A DNA stretch of 63,824 nucleotides, counting the filler, from Lenisia limosa (lineage: Eukaryota; Protista; Breviatea), in assembly GCA_001655205.1 (NCBI GenBank). It is 12 parts of 12 records of this genome, joined end to end, with 100 filler letters (N's around TTAATTAATTAA, not from the genome) between each part and the next. Parts side by side here need not be neighbours in the genome. Positions count along the whole stretch, not along the records: positions 10,363 to 30,657 come from LPNZ01009095.1; 11 more parts are not named here. The stretch is one strand, 5' to 3'. This document shows positions 13,401 to 25,400 of this stretch, in pieces. The position numbers and the translations under genes are program-made. Every line of letters starts with the position of its first letter. The first letter of the stretch is position 1. Under the pieces are notes generated by a model. That model made no database searches. It was not told the DNA's origin and was given only the letters and a program-made list of their open reading frames with translations.

Positions 13401-16400
13401 CGCGGGCCCTGGGCGAAGATCATTGCGGCGGCGACAACCGAAAGAATCTCCTGCGGGGCTGGGTTGAAGGCTCGGAGTTCGGCTACTGATGATCGGTCAA
13501 GCCTGAGGGAGGGGGGTGAGAGACTCTACATCGTGGAGCCAATAATGCTCAGTATGATAGAGACAATAGTGTCGAGCAGACTTTGCTAGCGCGGCCTTTG
13601 AAGAGGCCAGTAAGGGGGCGGCTTGGCTTTCATACTCCTCCAGTGAGGTGGTGATGGTGACAAGGATCTCCTCGAGTCGCCGTGTTTCCGCTACATTGTC
13701 ATTGTTATTGTCATTGCCATTATCATTGTCATTTTTATTGTCATTGTCATTATCATTGTCGTTGTTATTGCCATTATTGTTATGATAAACGCAAGCATCA
13801 CTGTGAGGGTTCCATGGAATACGGACAACAGCTGTTCCTGTCATTCTATCTGAAAACAATCTCACCGTCCTCCTCCTCTGCCTGTTTAGAGACTGTTTGA
13901 GATGATGCACGGTCTTGGCCAATCTGAGTGAAAGGGGTGAGGAAATAGTCATTCGTAATGAAGTAACATTGAGGGGTCTAGAATCAAGCACCCTCGTACT
14001 TGAGCCAGTAATGAGCTGTTGCTGGAGATTTTGTCCTCAACCGCACGGGTCTCGGAATCGATCAATGCTGTTAGCTTTGCTGCTCCATTTGTTTCTTTGC
14101 TGATCTGTGGGGTCAATCGAGCCACCGCTTTTAGGGGAACAATGGGGGCGAATAATAGCCCTGTGGTCCCAAAAGACTCGATATCTCGGAACGCTCAAAG
14201 TTTTTATATTTTGGTGGTCTTTTTCGGACTGTAGGGAAGCCCTACATAAAACAAACAACAACAAACAAGCAGCATATTTCAGAGAAGTTAACCGACCTGA
14301 GCTAAGGCAGCTCTGAGGTTACTGCATCGTTCATCGACCGAGACTCTTCTTTCCCTAAAAAGTGAAATCAATATTCTAGAAGAGCCACAATTGGGAAGAA
14401 AGGTGGCGGTTACGTTACGCAACTTTAGGGCAATTCTAAGTCAACATTTGAAGAAACGTGGCAAAAACCATCCCAGCCAAATGCCAAAGGGACCAGACCC
14501 TCAAACGCTAAGAGTTCCGAAAATGTGTGAATGAACTGGGAAAATGTTCGTGGAGAGAAGAAGCGGGTCCTAAAACCGTAATTTCCACAATTGACCGAGT
14601 TTTCAAAGACCATCAACCAACCTCAAATGCTGCACAACATCGTCATTGGAGGTTTCCACGGTTTTTCTCAGCGCCTCGATACCCGATAAATACGTTGCGG
14701 CAGCGAAGTGCGAAATGTTCTCAGACTCTCCATCCCCTGAATGATCAAACACGTCGTAATTAAACTAATCAAAACTGAAGATGAAGCAACTACCACCCCC
14801 CTACCGGTGATAGTTGGAGCGAGGGACTGTGGGAGGCCCACTTGTACCAGTGTGTACTCAGACCACATTGTGAAGTAGTCTTAATCGTGAAAGACGAGGC
14901 AGTGGGTGTGGTATAGTATATGTTTCACAGGCCGTAAGAATCACAAGTCAAACATACATAGTAATTATGATATGTACATATGAACGCATAATGTCATATC
15001 CCCCCGTGGAAAAGAGCAGCAGAGTATATCACCAACATACTCATTCTGCAAGTTGAGAGTATTGTGGGACATCTTTCCGTGATGGTCTTGAAGGACTCGT
15101 CATCAGGACGCAGCGACAAAACAATGTGCAGGTTTTGCCGAACCTTGGAGGTGAGAAATATCATCCAAATCATCCAAATCTTACAGCGAACAGGTAGGTG
15201 GGATAAGGCAATGTATATGACAAAAACTAAAGAAATATTAACTCTATTGCGCAAAGTATATCCCCCCACCTTCATGTCGAACCAGCCCCAACATGCTGCC
15301 GGCGTGTCCAACAAGGCCAGTTTGTGAACAAACGGTCGGATTCGTGAGAGCACCGACTTTTCCTTTGGAGATTAGTGGTAAGAAAGGGACGGAGATTAGC
15401 GGGAAGAAGAAAGGGGTGACATCGGTGTATGTTTTTGTCAATGGAGGGTTGCAGGGATTACACGATAAATAAGCCTTCTTGCGAGTTCAATACTACTACT
15501 GGGATAAGCAAGCGTATCATATAATACGTTTCATATACAAAAGAAGACTTCATCAATGGAATCAGCCCCTTACCTCGGAAGGACTGTGTAAGTTGGGGAC
15601 CCGCTGGTGCGAGAGAAGAAGTTCGACAGTTGTGAGAATGTCGGAGTTGTTGAGCAGGTCGCCTGTGATGTACAGCGTACACGAGAGTTCTTCTAAACCT
15701 GAGGGGGGGGGGGGGNNNNNNNNNNNNNNNNNNNNNNNNNNNNNNNNNNNNNNNNNNNNNNNNNNNNNNNNNNNNNNNNNNNNNNNNNNNNNNNNNNNNA
15801 AGATACGTGGATAAAGGTGCTCACTTGCTTTGCGGCAGAGGTGCGCCAGGTCCTTGAGGAATTTGGTGTGGGTGTAGTCTGCAGAGGCTTTTGGGATGAA
15901 GAGGGTGTGTCTAGAGAAGTAACGGATAAAAACCAACTTACAAAACACAGTAAAACAAAACAAATCATTGATCCATACCCCCCCACTCAGCCAAGGCCGC
16001 AGCCAGCTTGGTGGTGGTGGTCTTGCCCGATCCTGAGTCTCCAATCAGCACCGCGCGGGCACCAGGTGTGTTCAGGATGCTCCTGAGGGCGTGAGGTTAG
16101 ACAAATGACAATCAAAATAAACATCAATATAACAAGAGAGCTACATATTTGCCATAGTCACCCACAGAAGTCTGACAAGGTGTTCCACTGTCGGTACCGT
16201 CAAATCAACCTGGGGGGTAAGAGAGGTAAGAGGGAATAGGCAATTTGGCAAGAAGGATGGCTGAAGCACTTTTCATGATTATTAAAGGTCCAAGTAAAAG
16301 CCTAGTAATATATCCAAGCATGGACCAGTACAGCGCAATAAAGCAAAGCGCCACCGCCAACATTGCCAGTTTGGCCTGACGAAAGAGACGTGACTTCCTC

Positions 16401-19400
16401 GGGGTACTCCAGGGTGTCCAGGCGTGCTGTGATTCCGTCTATCAACTTGCCCATGTCCGTTGTGGGGATGTAGGGCTGGGGGAGGATGAATCAGGCACTC
16501 ATAAGAGTTAGCTATCAGAGTTGCCTATGTACGAATTCAACAACCCATTGCACACCGCATCTCTGAGGGCCTTATGGGGGTGGATTGAGGAGTACCATGT
16601 CGTTGCCATGCCCAACACTAAGGGGGCAACCTAGGATGGGTGGGTCAGAAAAAGCAATTTAGTTTTCAATACTACTTTTCCCGACTTTAACATCTATATG
16701 TACATGGATAGAACATCTTTGAATAAACAGTCCCCCTGTATTCAAGGCAATATCACCCCCACGCCTTACGTCATCAAATATCTTCTTGACGGTTTCCAGC
16801 ACCAAGTCGTTGTACTGCGACTTATCAATGTCCTCAATCAAGCCGTCTAAAATGTGAGGGGTGTACTGTTACATGGTCACGTGTAACAAGAAAAAAGACG
16901 CAAGTGGTCACGTGAAACAAGGAAAAAGATACAAGGTTGCATAATTGCTAAAGTGTCGGAAGTGAACGGCAAAGCAGTTGCTTACCAACAGGTTGATAAA
17001 GGCCTAACCAGCCTAAGCCCACACAGCAGACAATACTCAGCCTGAGCCCAAAGACCTGACAATACTCTTGCGGTTTCATGCACCCAAAGCTTGACGACGT
17101 CCTCAACTTTCGAGTGGTAGTCCGGGCTAGCCATCTGCATTCCCTGGAGTACGTTAAACACTAGGCTATGGTCTTGAAAAGACGGAATTGCTCGATAATC
17201 CTCGTTAAACATTCATTTTCAGTCACTTTTCGATTGGGAAGCTATATCAAGATAGCCTTGTTGATCAAACTTTGAGCGTTGTGAGCATGTTCATGGCAGT
17301 GTATGTGGCGATGCCCGTCCCACCTCAGCAATTTTGATGATGGACGCGAGGTCGAAGTGATAGGCTTGCCGGTTCTGCGAGGGCGGGAAAACGTGCCGCA
17401 GTGTTGTTACAACCTCGGTCGTGGCCTGAGATATTCTGGGGGGTGGTGATGTTAGCGTAGAGATTGTAAACAAAGATACGAACATAATCAATGTACCGAT
17501 TCAATCAAAACCAACTCACCTCGGAACTGCAGATATGGCAATATCAGAGAACTTCGACAGAGCACGATGGAACAAACTTTCACAAATTACCTAAACTAAT
17601 CAAAACTCATCCGATCAATGATCAATAGAGTGTCTAACTAATCAAAACTAATCAACACTGATCCAGTCAACAGATGTTTTGTATCAAATGCCCCCTAACG
17701 TGCAGAGAGCCATTGGAGGGCCAATCAAGATAGACCGGGATGAAGTGGCTGAGGAGGCTCGTAGGGAGAACAGTGTGTGTTTTCAGGGGGCTTGCTGTGG
17801 CCAAATACGTCACCGAATCTGGGGCAGCTGTGCCTAAGGAGGTTATGAAATGTGGGCTGTGCCCTTCAATATGAGAGATTGCTTGTGTTGAGAGTAAAAG
17901 CGCTCAGAAGCCCACCAGCGTGAAGGTCGGAAGAGCTTATTGACGCCATCTCTTCGAAGTAGGCAATGAGCGATGATGAGGGCGGCCTATGTTGTTAATC
18001 ACAGGCCTTTTGTTCATTTAGGACTCATAGAGGAATGACTAGCTGCTCCCCCTCCCACAGGGAAGTCAAGTGCCTGAGAGTGACAACTGTTTGTTTGTCG
18101 GTGCTTGCAGTGTCGTTTTTACTGGGTCATGAGGAACAAAGAACCACAAATAATACCTCTCTTCAGCATATGACACAACAGACTCTTCAGCATATGGTAC
18201 AACCGACTCTTCAGCATATGGTACAACCAACTCTTCAGCATATGGACCACTGCCTCACCTGAAGTCGATCAGTTCGGAGACGGACGATATCTTGGACTGT
18301 CTATGCAGGAAAACGTCCACGACTTCATGTGTGGGGTTACTGGGGTGATTAGTGTTTCAGTTTTAACTTTGAGATCCTTTAGCGATTAAATTCGTAACAT
18401 CGCCACTATCACCTATACCCCCACCATGGATATGAAGCTTGGTATGGCTCCTATACACCTCCCACCTTGCCTCCATTCGGCTCTTCCACTCCGCGATGGT
18501 GGCTGATTTACCCACTCCGTTGCTACCAATGAGCAGGACGTTGCTGCCGCCAAGAGACAGGAGTGCAAAGAGGAACATAACCCTGCGATGGGTGAGAACA
18601 TCATTTGCTGATATGAAGCAAACTGAAAAACCCAATGAGTATCAGCGTGTATTTGCATAAGATGATAATGTCGAGTCATTACCCCCGTCCATTGAGAGTC
18701 ATATTGAATGTAGTCGTGCTCAGCCACTCCAAACCTCTCATGGTCAGGGTTAGCTACGAATCTCGGTAAGTCTCTAGTTAGTTGTCCGTGAGGGCTACGT
18801 GTTTCTTGGTCCTCAGGATGGGCAAAACCCTAGACTGTGAGCGAATTCACTCTCCCATATATGGATGGAGCCCAACATTATATACTCTGTATGATATGAT
18901 ATTCCCATGTCTGGATTTAATAATATCATATATCATATCATATATCATATGTACTATATATAATATGATATCAGAAAGCACTCCCTCCCACCGCCGGCAC
19001 CGGAAGACCGGACCAAGGCACCCATTTCCCGGACCGGGGGTGGACCACAAACTGAGACAGGCTCTCGGGCAGATGTGAGGCGAAGTCCTGGGGGGCGGGG
19101 GGTGAGAAACATAATCTCATATTCTTGGATTCAAGAGATGTTGCACAGAGATTGACACAACGCAGCAATAAGTTGCATAATGATTGACACAACACAACAA
19201 TAAGTTGCATTTACGATTGACACAACACAACAATAAGTTGCATTACGATTGACACAACACAACAATAAGTTGTATAAAGGTTGACACAAAAATAAGTTGC
19301 ACAGAGGTTGACACAACACAACAATAAGTTGCATAATGATTGACACAACACAACAATAAGTTGCATTACGATTGACACAACACAACAACAGACTCTAATA

Positions 19401-22400
19401 GTTCAATAGTTCCCTACGTCCAATGGAGTGCCTTTTAGTGCCTTGAAAACAAGGTCCTCGTAGAGCGCAAGTCGCGATGAGGGCGAGTTACTACCTTGAG
19501 GGGGAGGGGGGTGATGGCTTTGGGGGCGTACATGCATATGAAGCGGAAGGTAGATAAGTCANNNNNNNNNNNNNNNNNNNNNNNNNNNNNNNNNNNNNNN
19601 NNNNNNNNNNNNNNNNNNNNNNNNNNNNNNNNNNNNNNNNNNNNNNNNNNNNNNNNNNNNNNNNNGTGGGAGCAAAAAAGAGAGGTTATTTCAATAAATC
19701 CTTGATAGCACTACATATCTACAAGCATGCATCATGCCTCAAAGCACAAATCATGAGGGGCATACCTGGAGGTGGTGTAGCCTCAAAGCCCGAGCCGCCG
19801 CCCCAGAAGGCTGAAAATAGGACCAGACGAAGGAGCAAGTCGTTGGACTTCTTTGTGCTGCGGGNNNNNNNNNNNNNNNNNNNNNNNNNNNNNNNNNNNN
19901 NNNNNNNNNNNNNNNNNNNNNNNNNNNNNNNNNNNNNNNNNNNNNNNNNNNNNNNNNNNNNNNNNNNNNNNNNNNNNNNNNNNNNNNNNNNNNNNNNNNN
20001 NNNNNNNNNNNNNNNNNNNNNNNNNNNNNNNNNNNNNNNNNNNNNNNNGTTGGGAGTAGAGGCCCTCAGAATGTTGACAGAGTTCTCAGTAATCAGGGCG
20101 GCTGAGTCGTGAATGAAGAGACAGCTAGGCGCCATACCAACAAAGGATAGTAATTTGGTCCCAAATAACACAATACTCCCAGCTGCCTAAAGCTGCACAC
20201 GATCGTTATACAGTCTACTTCGGACCCCCTCCCCCCACATCCCATATGAGCCTTGCCTGAGTTGACCTTCATGCCCATCTTGTTGATGCTTGCTTTCTGC
20301 ATCTTCAACATCCCTACAAGCGTGAAGACTACCCTCAAGGGAACAGGCAAGATAAACTATGGGCACTCTCAGGGTGATCTGATCCCTCTAAGTTCCTTTG
20401 GGTTTCCCCGGGGCGACTTAATCCCCTTATAACCCTCATGGTCGAAGTCACTGGGTTAAAGGAAACCACTGTTATCAGCAACCTGTTCATGAGAATATCA
20501 GACCCCCACCATTGAGATACGACATCATACGCCTGACAATGATGCAAGACGCATCGGCATTCTCAGCAATGGTCATTTGCTGCAGGTCTGGAGAGGGATG
20601 AGCAACAATTATATAAAATGACAGAAGCATATTCTGTTGTTAAATATTTGACAGTTCAGTTCAGTTCACCTTCAACGGTTCCGGTCCGGGCACTGAAAGT
20701 GGTGTTGGACTCGTAGACATTCGTGAGGTCCTCTGTAGCAAGAGAAGTCTGAAATGGTGAATAAAGCATTCTTAATATGGTGTAATCCAAGACACTTCGC
20801 ACCGTGACAAGTCCGCCATAGTCGACCTCAGCCTTGCGCGGTGCTAAGGGCTGCGGGCAGAAAGCCGTTCCTGTCGTGTTAAAAGGAGGAGCATGTGTGG
20901 AGCTAGTACTAGCTCTTTTGGACATAATGCTATTGTCATAAATTTCTATTTTGGAAAATTCCTCTGCAGCCACTCACCATGGCTTTTCGGCAGGCTCAAA
21001 GCAGCTGAAACAACGCGAGGAACAACCGCCATGAGTATTGGTGTAATTGCGGCCTGATTAGTGAGTATTGGTGTAATTGCGGCCCAATTAGTAAGAATCG
21101 GTGTATTTGCGGCCTAATTAGTGAGTATTGGTGAAATTGCGGCCTAATGAATAAGAATCGGTGTACTTGCGGCCTAATTAGTAAGAATAGGTGAAATTGC
21201 GGCCTAATTAGTGAGTATTGGTGAAATGAAAGGGAATCAAAATATAAATATCGAACAAATCTAAGCTGACAATTTCAAGCCTCGAACAAATCTAAGCTGA
21301 CAATTTCAAGCCTCGAGGAAATATACATCAATGTGTCCACCCCCAAAACGCATCGTTTTGCCCCCCCCCCCCCNNNNNNNNNNNNNNNNNNNNNNNNNNN
21401 NNNNNNNNNNNNNNNNNNNNNNNNNNNNNNNNNNNNNNNNNNNNNNNNNNNNNNNNNNNNNNNNNNNNNNNNNNNNNNNNNNNNNNNNNNNNNNNNNNNN
21501 NNNNNNNNNNNNNNNNNNNNNNNNNNNNNNNNNNNNNNNNNNNNNNNNNATCAGCCATCCCGCTGCTCACATCTCATTGTTACTCTCAATGATTATGCGG
21601 AAGTTCGAAGGGACCTGAATGAGGTCGCCATTTGGAAGGATGACACTCGGACAGTTGGCAAAGGGGGACAGGGCTCTGGCCCACCTGTCGACATGCTGTC
21701 CGTTGACTATGACCCACTGGGGGGGGGGGGGGNNNNNNNNNNNNNNNNNNNNNNNNNNNNNNNNNNNNNNNNNNNNNNNNNNNNNNNNNNNNNNNAATCA
21801 CGAATCGAATAATCTGAAACTCCAAACAAAAACAAGCAATAACAAACACAAGCAACCAACGCTAAAACTAGACATAAACTAGATCACAAAAAGTAAGGGT
21901 GAACGGACAGGTGACAAGCGTAGAGTTCATGATGGGTAAGATATGAATAGAACACACAATTAACAACGGTACGAAAGTATCAAACAATGTATAGCATGAT
22001 AACAACCATCATACATGTGGGGTGTTGTGGGGGTCGCAAACAGCCATTCGCAGCGCCGCCGCCACCGTGCCATCAACCCACACGCCGGCAGCTGTGAAGT
22101 GTCCCAAAACGGAAACGTCATCGTTGCAGTCGAGCGTCTATGTTAGTCAAGTGTGTCATAACAACAAAAGAGCATCTTTAACTGAATAAAACGGCGTATC
22201 AAGTGTTACTCAAAGGAAATTTACCGAGCAACACTAAGCCCACGTCAGCAGAAGCGGCGATGACAACTGGCGGTACGGATACGGCAGACAGAGCAGCAAT
22301 CAGCGTAGAGTGCATGGCCGTTTTGCCCGAAAATGTTGGACCAACTAAGTCTGCAATAGGGGGGGTGGTGAGCAACAGAGTATCATTTTACAGAACCCAA

Positions 22401-25400
22401 GGGGACAACTAAATTTTGTTGTACTATTTCCCTCTGTTAAGTTTCAGAGTTACAACATAGAGGCATGCCCACAGATAAGTTTGGATATTGACAGAGCAGA
22501 TGCGAGTTCGCAGATACGGGCTAAGAAGTCACTAGAGGGCTGCAGGCCCAGTTGTTGGGCAGCCTTGGGCAGAGAGTTCTGCAGCACGGCGTCCGTAATC
22601 TGAGTGGTGAGGGTTCTTTGATAAAAGGAGGAACGGAAACAGATTCCTTGATGTGTGACTTATTTACTGCTTCTCCCCCCTCCCCACAGTAGCCAGGTCC
22701 GGGCTGCAGAATGATGACGTCAGCAGTCTGGAGAGAAGGACGCGTGGCCGGCCTGGGGGCATGCCTGGTTCTATGGGGGTAAGAGATGCACAGGGAAACA
22801 AAAACGAACAAATCGCCGAAATAGCTCCGGGGTGAGAGGGTTTGAAGTAGGGCTTTACTTCGGTTCGAAAAAAGACTGAATTTCCCGATAAATCTTCGAA
22901 ACTTATCGATATTGTACCGGTCTTTTTCGAACCGAAGAGTCTCCCATTGAGGCCCATCCCACCAAGCACTAGTTCAGACGCCCAGCCCACCAAGTACTAG
23001 TTCAGACGCCCAGCGGAGAACTGAAACTTCAACATCCGTGTCGCCAAGGATCGTATCAACCTCGTCTTCATCGTATTCTGAAGGAGTAAAGTGGTACCGT
23101 TGAAAAATAAAATAAAATAGTATTACTGCTGACTAAACAATTAATAACCTATGGCACCAAATAGTAAAATTCAGCACAGAGCGGCGGTAAATAGAACGCA
23201 GTTGCCCCAATTGAAACGGCTTTTCAACAACACTCATCAGTAACATCAGCAGAAAGACCCTCCCCCCACCAGCCACGATATCAGGCCGAACACTCAGGAT
23301 GGAGTGACCGGAGGGAGTGGGTCTTTCGGAGGTTGGTGAGCTTGTCCGGCGCGGGGTCGAGGATGACGATCGGATGTCTCGGCTTGCTGAGGGGTGATTC
23401 ATCTNNNNNNNNNNNNNNNNNNNNNNNNNNNNNNNNNNNNNNNNNNNNNNNNNNNNNNNNNNNNNNNNNNNNNNNNNNNNNNNNNNNNNNNNNNNNNNNN
23501 NNNNNNNNNNNNNNNNNNNNNNNNNNNNNNNNNNNNNNNNNNNNNNNNNNNNNNNNNNNNNNNNNNNNNNNNNNNNGGGAGAGGGGTTGAGGTTGAGGAA
23601 GGAACTGGCAGGAGCGAGTGCCGACGGAACGGGCAGAAGAGCTGTGCTGATTCCTGCTGGGTTAGGCTTTCTCTATGTATGTAGTGTACATAGTATGATA
23701 TATTTCATATGTACTATTATCATATGAAATGTGAAAATGCTATGTATACAGGTATATTACAGGGATTATCTGGTGAACTATACACCTCATCTATAGTATA
23801 CACCCCATCTATAGGGTTTTGATGATGAACACTTTGATCCTACCATTCCCTGATTTCAAACAGCCATCAGAGTGCCCATATTGCAGCAACTATCCAACTT
23901 GGCATTGCAGACCTAGATATGGCACCATCCATCCCACTAGGCATTGACGGTGTGGACAGCAGATCGCCAGTCCCGGGACGCACGTTGACAACGGGGTCCG
24001 AGCTTGAGGGCANNNNNNNNNNNNNNNNNNNNNNNNNNNNNNNNNNNNNNNNNNNNNNNNNNNNNNNNNNNNNNNNNNNNNNNNNNNNNNNNNNNNNNNN
24101 NNNNNNNNNNNNNNNNNNNNNNNNNNNNNNNNNNNNNNNNTATTACTTTTGAATCATGATAGCAATTTAACAAATACTATTTTTATGATCAAAGAAAGAC
24201 AGAAACAACCACCCTGAGTCCAGCGGGGGGGACCTACCGTGCAGCCTCAGTAGCTAGGGCTATGATATCCACTAATCTGGGGAGGGCTGAAAAGCAAGGG
24301 CCTAGGGGGCGGGGGTAAGCGACGGAAATTTCTATGAAGAACATTGGCGTACTAATCACGAACCAAATAATTTGAAACTCCAAACAAACCAAAAGCATAA
24401 CAAACACGAGAAACAATCGTTAAAATTAGACTAAGCCAGATAACTCAAAACACAAATACAAAATCCGAGCCAGGGGGGCGAGTAATAATCAAAGCACGTG
24501 GGGCCAATAAGTAACCTTCAAGCTTACCCTTATTATCGAAGGAGATTTGTACTTTACTGATCATTGCAGTGACTCTTCCAGCACTTGAGATCCATGATGA
24601 GAACCTGAGGTGTGATATGACTAGAACCTGCGGTGTGATATGACGAGAACCTGAGGTGTTATATGACGAGAACCTGAGGTGTTATATGACGAGAACCTGC
24701 GGTGTGATATGACGAGAACCTGCGGTGTGATATGATGAGAACCTGAGGTGTGATATGACGAGAACCTGCGGTGTGATATGACGAGAACTGAGGTGTGATA
24801 TGACGAGAACCTGCGGTGTGATATGACGAGAACCTGAGGTGTGATTTTGAGTTGTTTTATGAAACAACCACATGATGATACTAAAAATAGGTTGTATCGC
24901 CAAAGAAGAGATTGGTGATAAAAAATAAGAAAAAAAATTCGCCCAGCCATTTGTCTTTGCATAATAATCAACCCAAATTAGCCGAACAAAGACCGACCCA
25001 GAAGCGAGCAGTATTCTCTCAGCAAGTTCGGCAAGGTCGGGGGTTGAGGATTTGACGGGGGGCAGTGCTGCCAGGAATGCAGGAGGGACCTTCAGGTGCA
25101 AACTTGGTACCTGCAGTATCAGAGTAGAACCACAATATCACGTATCTTGAGGCCAATAATCCATTAGACAAATCTTCGAAATATATCGATATTTTATCGG
25201 TCTTTTTCAAACCCGAGTGAAACCATAATTATACCTCCCCCCTCCCCACGTCCTCTGCAGTGGCCACAATCATAGCTGAGTGATTGAGAGGTACCAAATT
25301 ATCGCCAATTGTATAGCTCGGATCCTGGGGGGTCAGTTGAGGTGTTCATATGCGTCTCGTAAGCAATAGGGCTATCATGGCCGAGTTACGGACCTTGGCA

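Noticed and set aside
13497-13991. Asn/Asp-rich and Cys/His-rich ORFs
   Set aside because: They are translations of an intronic hexamer microsatellite.
18157-24845. CRISPR-like arrays
   Set aside because: The units are contiguous with no unique spacers, there are no cas genes, and the context is eukaryotic introns.
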